From Candidatus Saccharimonadales bacterium (GTDB taxonomy: Bacteria > Patescibacteriota > Saccharimonadia > Saccharimonadales > UBA4665): a DNA stretch of 64,000 nt. A program made the position numbers and the translations under genes. The notes below the pieces were generated by a model, which was not told the DNA's origin, did no database searches, and saw nothing but the letters and a program-made list of their open reading frames with translations. Below, piece by piece: positions 10,432 to 20,101 of the stretch; within the stretch, counting starts at the first letter, position 1; every line of letters starts with the position of its first letter. The stretch covers positions 142,350-206,349 of the forward strand of contig DATEJI010000108.1 in assembly GCA_035278105.1 (NCBI GenBank), in the 5' to 3' direction.

Positions 10432-11103
10432 ATGCCTCGCTTTTCGCTGTCCCGTGCTGAACTGACCCGAACAATGAGCAACCCAAGCTTTGCAGAAGAC
10501 CTGGCAAAAATATATGAACACACTGTCGGTACCGGCTGCGAGGGTGCAGTGTGGCTTAACAAATCATCCCAAGGGATAGAATACTCCGATCTTTATCTAC
10601 CGACCTCGGCACGCGAAAACTATGGAGCCGACCCGCGAAGCGAACTGCGTATACACGCCGCCGACACCATAGCAGCGTTCCTTCATTCACATCCTGGCAT
10701 GACAGACATCACGTCAGGAACGCCGACAGATATCCATCAATATCCTTCTCTTGAAGATCTGGAGATGTTTGCGAAATGCGACGCAGTAGGCCAAGATCCA
10801 GGGTTCATAGGTGGCGTCGTAAGCCGCGACCCCTGCAAGCTGGGAGCCGGGCGACTACTCTTGCTTCGGACCGACCCGACTACCTTTAGGCCTGATGTGC
10901 TCGAAGGGTGCTCGTACGAAAAATATCACCGTATTTTAAGAAGGGAGGCTGTGGTTCCCTTCCTTAAGGAGTGTGGTTTTGCCACTGCAGAATTCGGCCT
11001 CTCACCTGGCGATACGCAGTTCAATTGGGAGCCGCTCTTATATCCATCTGACATCCACCTTACGGTCGAAGAAGCAGTCGCCAAGCTTTACCCTAACGAA
11101 TAA
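10432..11103 (+). CDS. JAB/MPN+-like metalloenzyme (family B, copy 2)
   Basis: CEGA...LHSHP...YPSLED matches the E-HxH-SxxD layout. Confidence 0.65.
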   Translation: MPRFSLSRAELTRTMSNPSFAEDLAKIYEHTVGTGCEGAVWLNKSSQGIEYSDLYLPTSARENYGADPRSELRIHAADTIAAFLHSHPGMTDITSGTPTDIHQYPSLEDLEMFAKCDAVGQDPGFIGGVVSRDPCKLGAGRLLLLRTDPTTFRPDVLEGCSYEKYHRILRREAVVPFLKECGFATAEFGLSPGDTQFNWEPLLYPSDIHLTVEEAVAKLYPNE

Positions 11104-12147
11104 TTAGAGGTCTTGCGCGTGGGATGCTTCGGTGTCGTCGACGCTTGATTCGTCGAGCTCGCCTTTACTGGCAGCGCTAGCTAACTCCAGTTGCTTGTGG
11201 AATAATCCTTGGATCGCCTGTTTGTTATGCCGATCTTTAGCCCATGTGTGCAACACCGGATCTTGCAGAGCACGAGAATAGCTAAAGGTCAATCCCCACG
11301 GATGTGGCCCGAGTTTGGCCAAACGATTCAGGTTCAAAAATGCTTGCTTGGACGTTTCGCCGCCGCTTAAGAACACCACGCCGCCAAGTTCCGCTGGTAC
11401 GTGCTCGTGCAGTACGCGGGCGGTGCGAGCGGCGACATCGTCGTGATCCATCACCACACCGCTATCTTTGCCAGCCATCACAAAACTGCTCTTTAAAATG
11501 GCGCCGGGCAAATGCACGCGGAACGCGCGCAGTGTCTGAAACAGAATGTCGTAGGTGTGCGCCATGATCTGCTCGCACTGCTCAATACTATGCGTACCAT
11601 CGAACAGGACCTCCGGCTCGACAATCGGCACGATGCCAGCCTCCTGGCAAATCCGAGCGTATCGCGCCAACACAAAGGTGTTCGCGCCAATGCATTCATC
11701 GCTGGGAATGCCATCGCCAATGGTAATAACCGCGCGCCATTTGGCAAACGCTGCATCCGCGCCACGATACGTCGCCATGCGCTCGGGCAAGCCATCAAGC
11801 CCTTGGGTAACTTTTTCGTCTGGGAAACCGGGCAAGTCTACCAAGCCCTTGTCCACTTTGATACCCGGCAATACGTCGTGGTTCTTCATGTATTCTCGGA
11901 AAACTTGGCCGTGCTCGGTGGCTTGCCAGAATGTTTCATCGTATAAAATCACGCCGCTTAAAAACGCTTCAGCGCCTGGCGTGGTAAAGAGTAGTCCGCG
12001 ATATTCGCGCCGCGTTTCTTCGGTGCAAGGCACGCCCACGGCCTCGAAACGCTTTTGGCAGCTCGCGTTGCTTTCGTCGGCAGCCAACAGCCCTTTGCCT
12101 CGTGCTACCATGCGCTTTGCAATGCGCTCAAGTTCCTCGGTATTCAT
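11104..12147 (-). CDS. fba: Fructose-bisphosphate aldolase class I
   Basis: GKGLLAADES, PGIKVDKG, FAKWRAV, VPIVEPEV, FLSGGE, TFSYSRALQ; start at MNTEE after a GGGGG RBS. Confidence 0.95.
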   Translation of the reverse strand: MNTEELERIAKRMVARGKGLLAADESNASCQKRFEAVGVPCTEETRREYRGLLFTTPGAEAFLSGVILYDETFWQATEHGQVFREYMKNHDVLPGIKVDKGLVDLPGFPDEKVTQGLDGLPERMATYRGADAAFAKWRAVITIGDGIPSDECIGANTFVLARYARICQEAGIVPIVEPEVLFDGTHSIEQCEQIMAHTYDILFQTLRAFRVHLPGAILKSSFVMAGKDSGVVMDHDDVAARTARVLHEHVPAELGGVVFLSGGETSKQAFLNLNRLAKLGPHPWGLTFSYSRALQDPVLHTWAKDRHNKQAIQGLFHKQLELASAASKGELDESSVDDTEASHAQDL

Positions 12148-12259
12148 ATCGCCCCCTGTTCGTTTATCCCTATTGTAAGAGCTTGTGCTTACAATGGCAA
12201 CGCACGGCCCCAAATTCGTTTCGATATTGCGATTGCGCGAAAATAATTGCGGCGGCCGG

Positions 12260-13246
12260 TTACTTCTCCCGGCGGCTCACCAGATCGTGCGCTGCGAGCG
12301 CAATGTGCATGGCGTCGAGCCCGTAGTGCTTCAAAAGTTCCTCGGGCGTTTGCGCCGATTGGCCGAACTGATCTTTCATGCCAATGCGCCGCAACGGAGT
12401 TGCTGCCTGTTCGCTCAGTGCTTCAGCCACAGCCCCGCCCAAACCGCCGTATATTTGTCCTTCTTCGGCTACAACCACGGCGCGGGTTTTGCGCGCGCTG
12501 GTGATGATGGTCTGTGCGTCGAACGGCTTGACGGTAGGCACATGGATAACCTCGGCGCTAATGCCGTCTTTTGCGAGCATCGACGCCGCGACCAACGCCT
12601 GGTACGTCATCGTGCCGGTCGCTACCAGCGTCACATCCGCACCCGTACGCAACACATACGCGGGTCCGATAGTAAACGGCGTATTCGCTGTGGTGATAAC
12701 CGGCGAAGCGCCGCGTGCCAGGCGGACGTAGTTGGCGCGCTTGTCGTTAGCCATGGCCAGCGCCATTTTTTCGGATTCCACACTGTCGCACGGCACAAGC
12801 ACTACCATATTCGGCAGCACGCGCATCAGGGTGATATCTTCCAAAGCTTGGTGTGTAGCGCCATCTGGCGAAGTATACAAGCCAGCGTGCGAACCGATGA
12901 TCTTCACGTTTCGCTCGTTCAAACAAATTGTGGTGCGGATTTGCTCCCAACAGCGCCCGGGACAGAACGCTGCGTAGCTGCTCACAAATGGAATCTTGCC
13001 CATAGCGGCCATGCCGGAGCCAACGGTGACAATATTCTGCTCGGCAATGCCCGCCTCGATAAACCGGTCGGGGAAGGCTTCAGCAAACAGACTCATCTTG
13101 GTGCTGTCGGTCAGATCGGCGCAAATACCTACCACTTGATCGTTCTTTTTGCCGGCCTCTAGCAGGCCGCGGCCAAAGCCGTCACGAATCGACTCCATCT
13201 TGATATCTTTGGCACGCACATCGTCAATCAGATACATGTCGCTCAT
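12260..13246 (-). CDS. Transketolase, C-terminal (pyrimidine-binding) subunit
   Basis: DRFIEAGIAEQN, DGATHQALED motifs; follows the N-terminal subunit. Confidence 0.95.
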   Translation of the reverse strand: MSDMYLIDDVRAKDIKMESIRDGFGRGLLEAGKKNDQVVGICADLTDSTKMSLFAEAFPDRFIEAGIAEQNIVTVGSGMAAMGKIPFVSSYAAFCPGRCWEQIRTTICLNERNVKIIGSHAGLYTSPDGATHQALEDITLMRVLPNMVVLVPCDSVESEKMALAMANDKRANYVRLARGASPVITTANTPFTIGPAYVLRTGADVTLVATGTMTYQALVAASMLAKDGISAEVIHVPTVKPFDAQTIITSARKTRAVVVAEEGQIYGGLGGAVAEALSEQAATPLRRIGMKDQFGQSAQTPEELLKHYGLDAMHIALAAHDLVSRREK

Positions 13247-13247
13247 A

Positions 13248-14105
13248 TCAATCGTTCTCGCTCTTTATTTTGCCTTGCAATGTTTGGATTTCGCGCAGCG
13301 CTTTTTTGGCCTGCTCGTGGTTGGGCGCTACGCCGTGCCAGTGGAAGTCATATTCCATAAAATCGACGCCTTTACCTGGAATAGTGTGCGCCAAAATAAC
13401 CACCGGCTTTTCGACGATCGCTTTCGCCATATTGACGGCGTCGATCACCGCCTCGATATCGTTGCCATCGATCTCCAGCACATGCCAACCAAAACTCTCC
13501 CACTTGGCGCGCAGGTCTTCCAGCGGCATCACCACCTCAGTCGGCCCGTCAATCTGAATGTTGTTGCGGTCGACGATGACGATCATGTTCGTCAGCTTGT
13601 ACTTGGCGGCGAGCATAATCGCTTCCCAGTTGTTGCCCTCGTTGAGCTCGCCATCGCCCACCGTCACATACACCCAACGGTGCATTTGCTTGTTCAAGCG
13701 AAGTGCCAGCGCCATGCCAGCCGCTTGACTGAGGCCGCAGCCGAGCGGCCCGCTAGTGTTCTCCAGCCCAGGCAATTTGAGGCGTTCCGGATGGCCCTGC
13801 AAGCGCGAGCCGAACTGACGCAGCGTCAACAATTCTTTGCGATCAAAATAGCCAGCGTGCGCCATCGTGGCATAGCGCACCGGGCAGGTGTGGCCGTTGC
13901 TCTGGATAAGAATGTCGCGCTCATCCCAATCCGGGTTGCGCGGATCGTGCTTCATCAGGTTAAAATACAGCGCCGTATAAATATCCGCCTGGCCGAGCGA
14001 GCCACCCGGGTGCCCGCTACCAGCCGCCTCCAACATCTTAATAATGTCGCGGCGGATCTCGTTCGCCTTCAGCTCCAACGCCTCAATAGAAAAAATCTGT
14101 CTCAT
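13248..14105 (-). CDS. Transketolase, N-terminal (TPP-binding) subunit
   Basis: SGHPGGS, LQGHP, GDGELNEG...NN TPP-binding motif. Confidence 0.95.
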   Translation of the reverse strand: MRQIFSIEALELKANEIRRDIIKMLEAAGSGHPGGSLGQADIYTALYFNLMKHDPRNPDWDERDILIQSNGHTCPVRYATMAHAGYFDRKELLTLRQFGSRLQGHPERLKLPGLENTSGPLGCGLSQAAGMALALRLNKQMHRWVYVTVGDGELNEGNNWEAIMLAAKYKLTNMIVIVDRNNIQIDGPTEVVMPLEDLRAKWESFGWHVLEIDGNDIEAVIDAVNMAKAIVEKPVVILAHTIPGKGVDFMEYDFHWHGVAPNHEQAKKALREIQTLQGKIKSEND

Positions 14106-14164
14106 ATTCTGCTTGTGATTATAGCAGACTCAAACTGTACACGAGCAATTGCTTTGGATAACGA

Positions 14165-14821
14165 TTAGATGTTGGCTTCGCCGTTCCAATCTCTGAGTGC
14201 TTCTACGAGCATGTGGTACGCGCCCGCCGGGTCGGCCGCATGCTGGATGTAGCCACCAACATTGAGCACCGTAATCCCGCCCGCCGCCAGCGTGCGCACA
14301 TTGTGCGGATTGATACCGCCATCCCAACCGATCTCAAGCTTCGGCTTTGCGCGGTGCAAATACAGCGCTTTGGTAAGCAGATGCGTATTGGCTTGGCCGC
14401 CAAAGTGGCCGAGGTTGCCAGAGAATAACAGCACGTGGTCGATGAAGTCCAGCGCCGGCTCAATGGTCTGTGGCATTGTCTCGGGCTTGAGCGCGACGCC
14501 CACCTTGATACCCTCTTGGTGCGCTGCTTCGGCAAAGGCAATAAAATCGCCATCGGCTTCGGCATGCACAATAATCATCTGCGGGCGCAGGTCGAGTAGT
14601 AACTTGGTGTGCTTGAACGGCTCTTTGTACATCACATGAAGGTCAGCCTGCACGCCGCCCGGCCACCAGACGTGCTCGATGCTGATCGTTTTGGTGGGCG
14701 CAAACTTGCCGTCGGCCAAGTCGATGTGTACACGCGTCGCAAATTGCGCGATACGCTCCATCTGCTCGCGATATTCCTCAGCGTTCCCTGATAAAACTGT
14801 CGGACAAATCGTTGCTGCCAT
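14165..14821 (-). CDS. rpe: Ribulose-phosphate 3-epimerase
   Basis: HIDLADGKFAP, DLHVM, WDGGIN, LNVG; start at MAATICP; in a pentose-phosphate cluster. Confidence 0.9.
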   Translation of the reverse strand: MAATICPTVLSGNAEEYREQMERIAQFATRVHIDLADGKFAPTKTISIEHVWWPGGVQADLHVMYKEPFKHTKLLLDLRPQMIIVHAEADGDFIAFAEAAHQEGIKVGVALKPETMPQTIEPALDFIDHVLLFSGNLGHFGGQANTHLLTKALYLHRAKPKLEIGWDGGINPHNVRTLAAGGITVLNVGGYIQHAADPAGAYHMLVEALRDWNGEANI

Positions 14822-14866
14822 GCTCTTTAGTGTATAATCTTGGTACTTACTAAAAGTATAGCGCTT

Positions 14867-15316
14867 ATGGCAAATAAACGAAACTTGCAACCACTTTTAG
14901 ATGTCCGCCAGAACCAGCTTGACTTTATTTTTAGCGCGAGTGATTCGCTCGATACTAAAGCGCTGGCCGTACTTGGCTTCGACACCGCAATTGTTATTTT
15001 CGCCTTGCAATCACTCACAACAGCTCCGCTTTGGTTGTTATTGCCCGTGCTGTTCTTATTCTTGCCTTCGCTTATCTATGCTGTGTTGGTAATCTGGCCA
15101 CAGGACTATAGAGGGTCGAGTGTCACACCGCTTGAGCATCCGGATTACCTCGCCATGTCTGAAGATCAGTTGGTACTCCAACTTCTTGCGGACACCGAAA
15201 AAGCCATCACGCTTAACACACCCCTTAACAATAAAAAATCGAGATACTGCATTAGAGCGATCCTCATTAGTCTGGCTGGCGTAATTCTGCTGATTCCGTG
15301 TATAATAAAAGCATGA
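14867..15316 (+). CDS. 3-TM membrane protein, DUF5706/Pycsar-effector-like layout
   Basis: DxKA before TM1 (SLDTKALAVLG), WP after TM2, KK before TM3; AT-richer and antisense to the flanking operon. Confidence 0.55.
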   Translation: MANKRNLQPLLDVRQNQLDFIFSASDSLDTKALAVLGFDTAIVIFALQSLTTAPLWLLLPVLFLFLPSLIYAVLVIWPQDYRGSSVTPLEHPDYLAMSEDQLVLQLLADTEKAITLNTPLNNKKSRYCIRAILISLAGVILLIPCIIKA

Positions 15317-15447
15317 GCGATGCAAAGCCAGTTCAGAAAGTTGTCCTGCCTCAGGCCAATACTTCTCAAGCAATAAAGATGGACCGGGTCGGTAGCGTGC
15401 GTCTTCCAAAACCCAATCTGACACAACCAATTCGTAAGGGAATATAA
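15313..15447 (+). CDS. 44-aa microprotein coupled to the upstream TM gene (not in ORF track)
   Basis: ATGA start/stop overlap; MSDAKPVQKVVLPQANTSQAIKMDRVGSVRLPKPNLTQPIRKGI*. Confidence 0.5.
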   Translation: MSDAKPVQKVVLPQANTSQAIKMDRVGSVRLPKPNLTQPIRKGI

Positions 15448-15463
15448 GCTCTTCTTCAGAGCG

Positions 15464-15907
15464 TTAGCCGAGCTGATCGAGTTCTTTAATGCGCCGCTTG
15501 AACCGCGCTGCGCCGGCGAATGGCGTGGCCAGCCAGACTTCGGTCAGCTTTACAGCGTCGTCTATCGAGATGTAACGTGCTGGCAAACAGAGTACGTTAC
15601 TATCGTCGTCGTTGCGGCTGGCGCGCGCTTCTTCGATATTCCACACGAGGCTGGCGCGCACGCCTTTGTAGCGGTTGGCAGCCATGCACATACCTTGCCC
15701 GCTGCCGCAGATGAGAACGGCACGTGCATCGTCGTCGCTGGCTTTGAGCGCAGCGATGGTGCGCGCAGCGAACTGAGGAAAATCGTCGTCCGGATTCAAA
15801 GTTTCGTCGCCGGTGTCAACAACGTCGTAGCCGGTGCGCGTCAGCTCCTCGAGCAGCGAGCGCTTCATCTCAAACCCGTTGTGGTCGGCACCGATATAGA
15901 TGTGCAT
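15464..15907 (-). CDS. rpiB: Ribose-5-phosphate isomerase B
   Basis: GADHNG, LICGSGQGMCMAAN, NDSNVLCL-like motif, RFKRR. Confidence 0.95.
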   Translation of the reverse strand: MHIYIGADHNGFEMKRSLLEELTRTGYDVVDTGDETLNPDDDFPQFAARTIAALKASDDDARAVLICGSGQGMCMAANRYKGVRASLVWNIEEARASRNDDDSNVLCLPARYISIDDAVKLTEVWLATPFAGAARFKRRIKELDQLG

Positions 15908-16022
15908 AGTGCTTATACTATAACAAAAAGTGGGTGTAGACCAGCCGTAGGCCTTGCTTTTATTTGACCACGGAAGTCCAAATATGCTCTAGTACCAATC
16001 ATACCATCTCTACCTGACTGAC

Positions 16023-16529
16023 TTACAGGATATGGGCAATAATGTCATCGACTACCTTGTCCAGCGGTTGCATCGCGTCAATCGGAATAGCGCCCACTTT
16101 GAGCATTTGCCGTTCGAACCCTTCTCGACCATCTACTAACATTTTCAGTTCATTGGGGTGCTTGCCGAAATCGTTAGTGGTACGGGTCAGGAGACGGCGC
16201 TTGAGTGTTGCCTCGTCAATCTTCAGCACAAATATTTTGTCGAATTGGTCGTAAAATTCATGCTGCCTAGTAGTTATGGCGCAAATAAAGACCCTGTCGG
16301 CACTGTGCAGGAGTTCTGTTAGCTTGTCTTTGTTCCAAACCCATTCAAGTTCTGATTTATCCTCTATATGACCTTTGCTCAAGTCCACTGGTGTACCGTC
16401 TTTGTGGACGTGATGACTTAGCCCTGGTATGTCATCGGTATTGTAAGCGTCGTAGCCCCGGCGTGCCAGTTCATCTGCAACGCTAGATTTACCAGTGGCT
16501 GGGTAGCCGGTGATTAGATAAGCTGCCAT
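16023..16529 (-). CDS. P-loop nucleotide kinase / AAA_18-like protein
   Basis: GYPATGKS Walker A, RRLLTR lid motif. Confidence 0.75.
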   Translation of the reverse strand: MAAYLITGYPATGKSSVADELARRGYDAYNTDDIPGLSHHVHKDGTPVDLSKGHIEDKSELEWVWNKDKLTELLHSADRVFICAITTRQHEFYDQFDKIFVLKIDEATLKRRLLTRTTNDFGKHPNELKMLVDGREGFERQMLKVGAIPIDAMQPLDKVVDDIIAHIL

Positions 16530-16569
16530 CGTTTAATTCCCCATCTTTTAATGTAGCCAGTACCTTATG

Positions 16570-17334
16570 CTAGACTTCTTCACTTTTGGAAGAAAAAATC
16601 CGGTCATATTGATTGCGACAGACAGCAAGCCAGCCACGAACAAGCTTGCCAGCCTGTGCACCCATGGCGAGTAGCAGTGCCGTTGTTTCGTTTTGGTGCA
16701 AGCGTTGGTTTAAGTAACGGTCGAAACGGCGGCAATGTGGCTCGCACCAACGCCAAAGCTGTTCGGCGCCAATAAGACTATACGCCGCCACGGCCGCCAG
16801 TCCAACCACCGCATGCCGCCAAGCGCGTTTACCGTACACACGTACCAAGCGCCACATCTCTGCTGCTACTGCTCGCACACGACGCATACCTTGCGCGCGC
16901 CGTGCTCGACCATGCACCAGCGCCATCTGGAATGTGCGCTGCCACTCTGGCGACATCTGCGACAGTGCGCGGCTCACCAGTCCAGGCCGCTTTGGAATCG
17001 TAATGATAACTACCGGCCGATCAGCGGCTTCAGAAACCTCAGACTCGATCGGTATCGACGTCTCGACTACCTCCGGCGCTCTTGCTTTCGGGCGCAACAG
17101 TGCTCGCGCCAAACGCCGCCACTCTTTCAAAAAAATAAGCGCCGCGGCCAAGGCCAGCGTTACCCCCAACAATAAAAACATCTGATCTGGCGTTAGCACA
17201 ATCTTCGTACCCGGCACCACGCCGGCGGCATAAAACTGCAAAAAAGCGTTCGAAACTGTTGGCGTCAGCCCAACCTGCCACACCGCCGTCAATACTGCCA
17301 GCCAGATCAGGAATAGTACCGCAATTTTCTTCAC
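16570..17334 (-). CDS. Hypothetical Arg-rich membrane protein
   Basis: 254-aa ORF with several hydrophobic segments filling the intergenic space. Confidence 0.6.
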   Translation of the reverse strand: MKKIAVLFLIWLAVLTAVWQVGLTPTVSNAFLQFYAAGVVPGTKIVLTPDQMFLLLGVTLALAAALIFLKEWRRLARALLRPKARAPEVVETSIPIESEVSEAADRPVVIITIPKRPGLVSRALSQMSPEWQRTFQMALVHGRARRAQGMRRVRAVAAEMWRLVRVYGKRAWRHAVVGLAAVAAYSLIGAEQLWRWCEPHCRRFDRYLNQRLHQNETTALLLAMGAQAGKLVRGWLAVCRNQYDRIFSSKSEEV

Positions 17335-17464
17335 GCCCGTGCCACCTTTTTGCTATCACAACAATTGTATGTTCAGTTATGTTGTAATATACACCTTTTG
17401 GACGAATGTTTCCAGCGCAAATTTCACTACGCACACTGTTTTTTGTGTACAGCGCCGACGTTTA

Positions 17465-18493
17465 CTACTGCTTGTGAAGCAAGTTGCCGATATCAGCGAC
17501 TTCTTCGACCAGTCGGTTGCTGTAGCCCCATTCGTTGTCGTACCAGGCGCAAACCTTCATAAGATCGCCAGCCACTACGCTGGTGAGGTTGAGATCCACG
17601 ATGGCAGAATGGCTGTTGCCGATAAAATCGCTGCTTACCAACTCTTCTTCGGTGACATCCAAAATGCCTTGATAGTATGGATTCTTGGCCGCTTCTTTGA
17701 AGGCGTCGTTCACTTCTTCTTTGGTCACCTTGCGCTTGGTGACGATCACGAAGTCGCTGAGCGAGACAACGGGCGTGGGCACACGAACCTCAAATGCACC
17801 GAAGATATCTTTAACAGCCGGGAACGCCTTGGCGGCGGCGATGGACGCGCCCGTGGTAGTGGGCACGATGTTCTCGGCGGCAGCACGGCCGTCGCGTAGC
17901 GCCTTGCCACCGGGCGCGTCTTGCAACTTTTGACTCGCAGTGTAGCTGTGAATGGTGGTCATCATCATTTTTTGGATACCAAACTTGGCTTCGATAACGG
18001 CCAGCACTGGCGTGATGCAGTTTGTGGTGCAACTCGCGTTGCTTACTACATCAGGCGCGCCTTCAAGTTTATCCTCGTTCACGCCTAGTACTACCGTGGC
18101 GGCGCTGTCGGCGCTTTCACCTTTGGCGGGCGCGCTGATGACCACTTTTTTAGCACCAGCGGTGATGTGCGCGCGAGCTTTGTCGGGCTCCACAAAAAAG
18201 CCGGTCGATTCTATGACCACGTCGATATTCATATCCTTCCACGGCAGCGCGGCGGGATCTTTTTCGGCCGTGACCCGAATCTTCTTGCCATCTACAATGA
18301 TATTTTCGTCGTCGTAGCCAACTTCGTGGCTATACGTGCCGTAGTTGCTGTCGTGCTTCAACAGATACGCGAGTGTCTTGGTGTCCGTCAGGTCGTTGAT
18401 CGCCACTATCTCCACATCGGTACGGTCGAAGGCGATCTTAAACGCGTTTCGGCCAATGCGGCCAAACCCGTTAATTGCAATTCGTGTTGCCAT
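17465..18493 (-). CDS. gap: Glyceraldehyde-3-phosphate dehydrogenase (type I)
   Basis: INGFGRIGR, SNASCTTNC, WYDNEWGYS. Confidence 0.98.
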   Translation of the reverse strand: MATRIAINGFGRIGRNAFKIAFDRTDVEIVAINDLTDTKTLAYLLKHDSNYGTYSHEVGYDDENIIVDGKKIRVTAEKDPAALPWKDMNIDVVIESTGFFVEPDKARAHITAGAKKVVISAPAKGESADSAATVVLGVNEDKLEGAPDVVSNASCTTNCITPVLAVIEAKFGIQKMMMTTIHSYTASQKLQDAPGGKALRDGRAAAENIVPTTTGASIAAAKAFPAVKDIFGAFEVRVPTPVVSLSDFVIVTKRKVTKEEVNDAFKEAAKNPYYQGILDVTEEELVSSDFIGNSHSAIVDLNLTSVVAGDLMKVCAWYDNEWGYSNRLVEEVADIGNLLHKQ

Positions 18494-18588
18494 GTTGTAT
18501 AGTCCCCCGTTCTTTAAGCATTAGCGTTGCTAGGCTTATTGTACGAACAGATGGGCGTTGGCGCAAGCGAGCAACATACGATTGCCGT

Positions 18589-19455
18589 CTATTCTATATG
18601 ATGCAAGCCCTCCAGAATGCTTGACGCAAGATTGCCTTCGGCGATGTAGAGCTGCTCAGGTGAAATAGTCTCTTGCGCCCACTGCCTGAGCGAGTCGTGC
18701 GCGTTGCCAGGCAGGATCGCCAAATCCGCAACCCGCAAGAGGTCGCAATCGTTCATGCTGTTACCAGCAGACACAATGTACATGCTGGCCTGCGCAGTCG
18801 GCTCGGCTTCGCCGGATTCTACCTCGGAAGGTGCATGGGCACGCTCAAGCGCCGAAACCACATGCAATAAGCATGTGCCTTTGTTAACGCCTTCAGGCAA
18901 AATATCCAAGTGCTTGCCATCCGAAAACACAACCTGGACGCCTACTCCAACCGGCGATAACCGCTCAGCGATCTCTGCAACATACGCATCGTGTACGGCA
19001 TCCGTCACGCCATCGACGAAGTAGCTTATCTTATACGGCAACTGCGAGCGATCGTGTTGCAAGGCAAGCTCAACGCGCCCGGCAAGTGCAGCAACAATTC
19101 CTTCCCGGTCCCATTCCGACACATCGGGCCAATCAGGCAAGCGCCGCTCGCCTGCGGCCGTCATCAAGTACGCTTCCGAACCAACACCCGTAACTTTGAA
19201 ATCCATAATCGATGCCGCCGCGCCAAAGGGAGGATAGCTCTCTTCATAACTTCGATGAGAGCCGATACTTCGCCCGGTTGCTGATCCAAAGTAGAATTCG
19301 TGCTCACCGAGCGCGCGTTCACTCTCAACGAATTCGCAGAGTTCAGCCAAATATGCCGCGCCCTGCTCCCGCTCGGCCGACGGACGATCGTAATCTGCAA
19401 CAAGCGTGCCATCTACGTCGCACGCCAACACAACATCTTTTCCTTCAAAGCGCAT
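18589..19455 (-). CDS. HAD-IIB hydrolase, sucrose-phosphatase-like
   Basis: DVDGTL, TGRS, LDILPEGVNKG, GNSMND (Asn in place of the first Asp of the usual GDSxND). Confidence 0.8.
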   Translation of the reverse strand: MRFEGKDVVLACDVDGTLVADYDRPSAEREQGAAYLAELCEFVESERALGEHEFYFGSATGRSIGSHRSYEESYPPFGAAASIMDFKVTGVGSEAYLMTAAGERRLPDWPDVSEWDREGIVAALAGRVELALQHDRSQLPYKISYFVDGVTDAVHDAYVAEIAERLSPVGVGVQVVFSDGKHLDILPEGVNKGTCLLHVVSALERAHAPSEVESGEAEPTAQASMYIVSAGNSMNDCDLLRVADLAILPGNAHDSLRQWAQETISPEQLYIAEGNLASSILEGLHHIE

Positions 19456-19508
19456 CGGCTATTCCTTCCTGCGTCGCTCGCACCACTCTCAAGCATGCGT
19501 CTGTAAAC

Positions 19509-20099
19509 CTAACGATTGACTTGTTTGCCTTCAAAACTTGGGACTTGCTTGAGATCGTCGATGGACTGCAGCGGCTCGAACATCGTCTGCAAAAAGCGAT
19601 CGAGTGGGTCGTCGGCTTTGGCAAGGAACTGCTTTGCCTCTTCGAAGCTCATTGGCACCGGCTCGATACGCTCGCCGGCGTCGTGCTTGGTTGCATGCGC
19701 TTCAGTGCAGTCGGTGGCCAAATAAATTACTACGAACCACTCGATTTTCACCACCGGTTGGCGCACGCCGATCAGCCGCCAATTGGCAAACTCCAGCCCT
19801 AACTCTTCGGAGCATTCCCTTTTAGCCGCATCGTCCCAAGCTTCACCCGGGTCAACGCGCCCGCCGGGCAAGTTCACATACTCAGGCTTGCCGGGCTGCT
19901 GCTCGCGGACGAAGATGATGTTGTCGTCTTTAATGCATAGCACGATCATCGTGTCGGGCCGCTTGAGCATCTCGAACGTCGCTTCCGACCCATCGTAGAG
20001 CTTCTGCGGCCACTGATAAACGTCAAAAATCTGGCCACGAAACACGCGGCGGGCATGTTCAGGGATAAGGATTGCATCGTGCGGAACGATCTTCTGCAT
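19509..20099 (-). CDS. NUDIX hydrolase (ADP-ribose pyrophosphatase-like)
   Basis: Nudix box GGRVDPGEAWDDAAKRECSEELG; start at MQKIV 2 nt after the ppa stop. Confidence 0.9.
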   Translation of the reverse strand: MQKIVPHDAILIPEHARRVFRGQIFDVYQWPQKLYDGSEATFEMLKRPDTMIVLCIKDDNIIFVREQQPGKPEYVNLPGGRVDPGEAWDDAAKRECSEELGLEFANWRLIGVRQPVVKIEWFVVIYLATDCTEAHATKHDAGERIEPVPMSFEEAKQFLAKADDPLDRFLQTMFEPLQSIDDLKQVPSFEGKQVNR

Positions 20100-20101
20100 G
20101 A

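Noticed and set aside
12185-14168. Long plus-strand ORFs (325 and 339 aa)
   Set aside because: Antisense shadows of the two transketolase genes, explained by codon bias.
15913-16002. Possible 29-codon minus-strand ORF between the kinase gene and rpiB
   Set aside because: Weak RBS, runs over the rpiB promoter and shows no features; likely chance.
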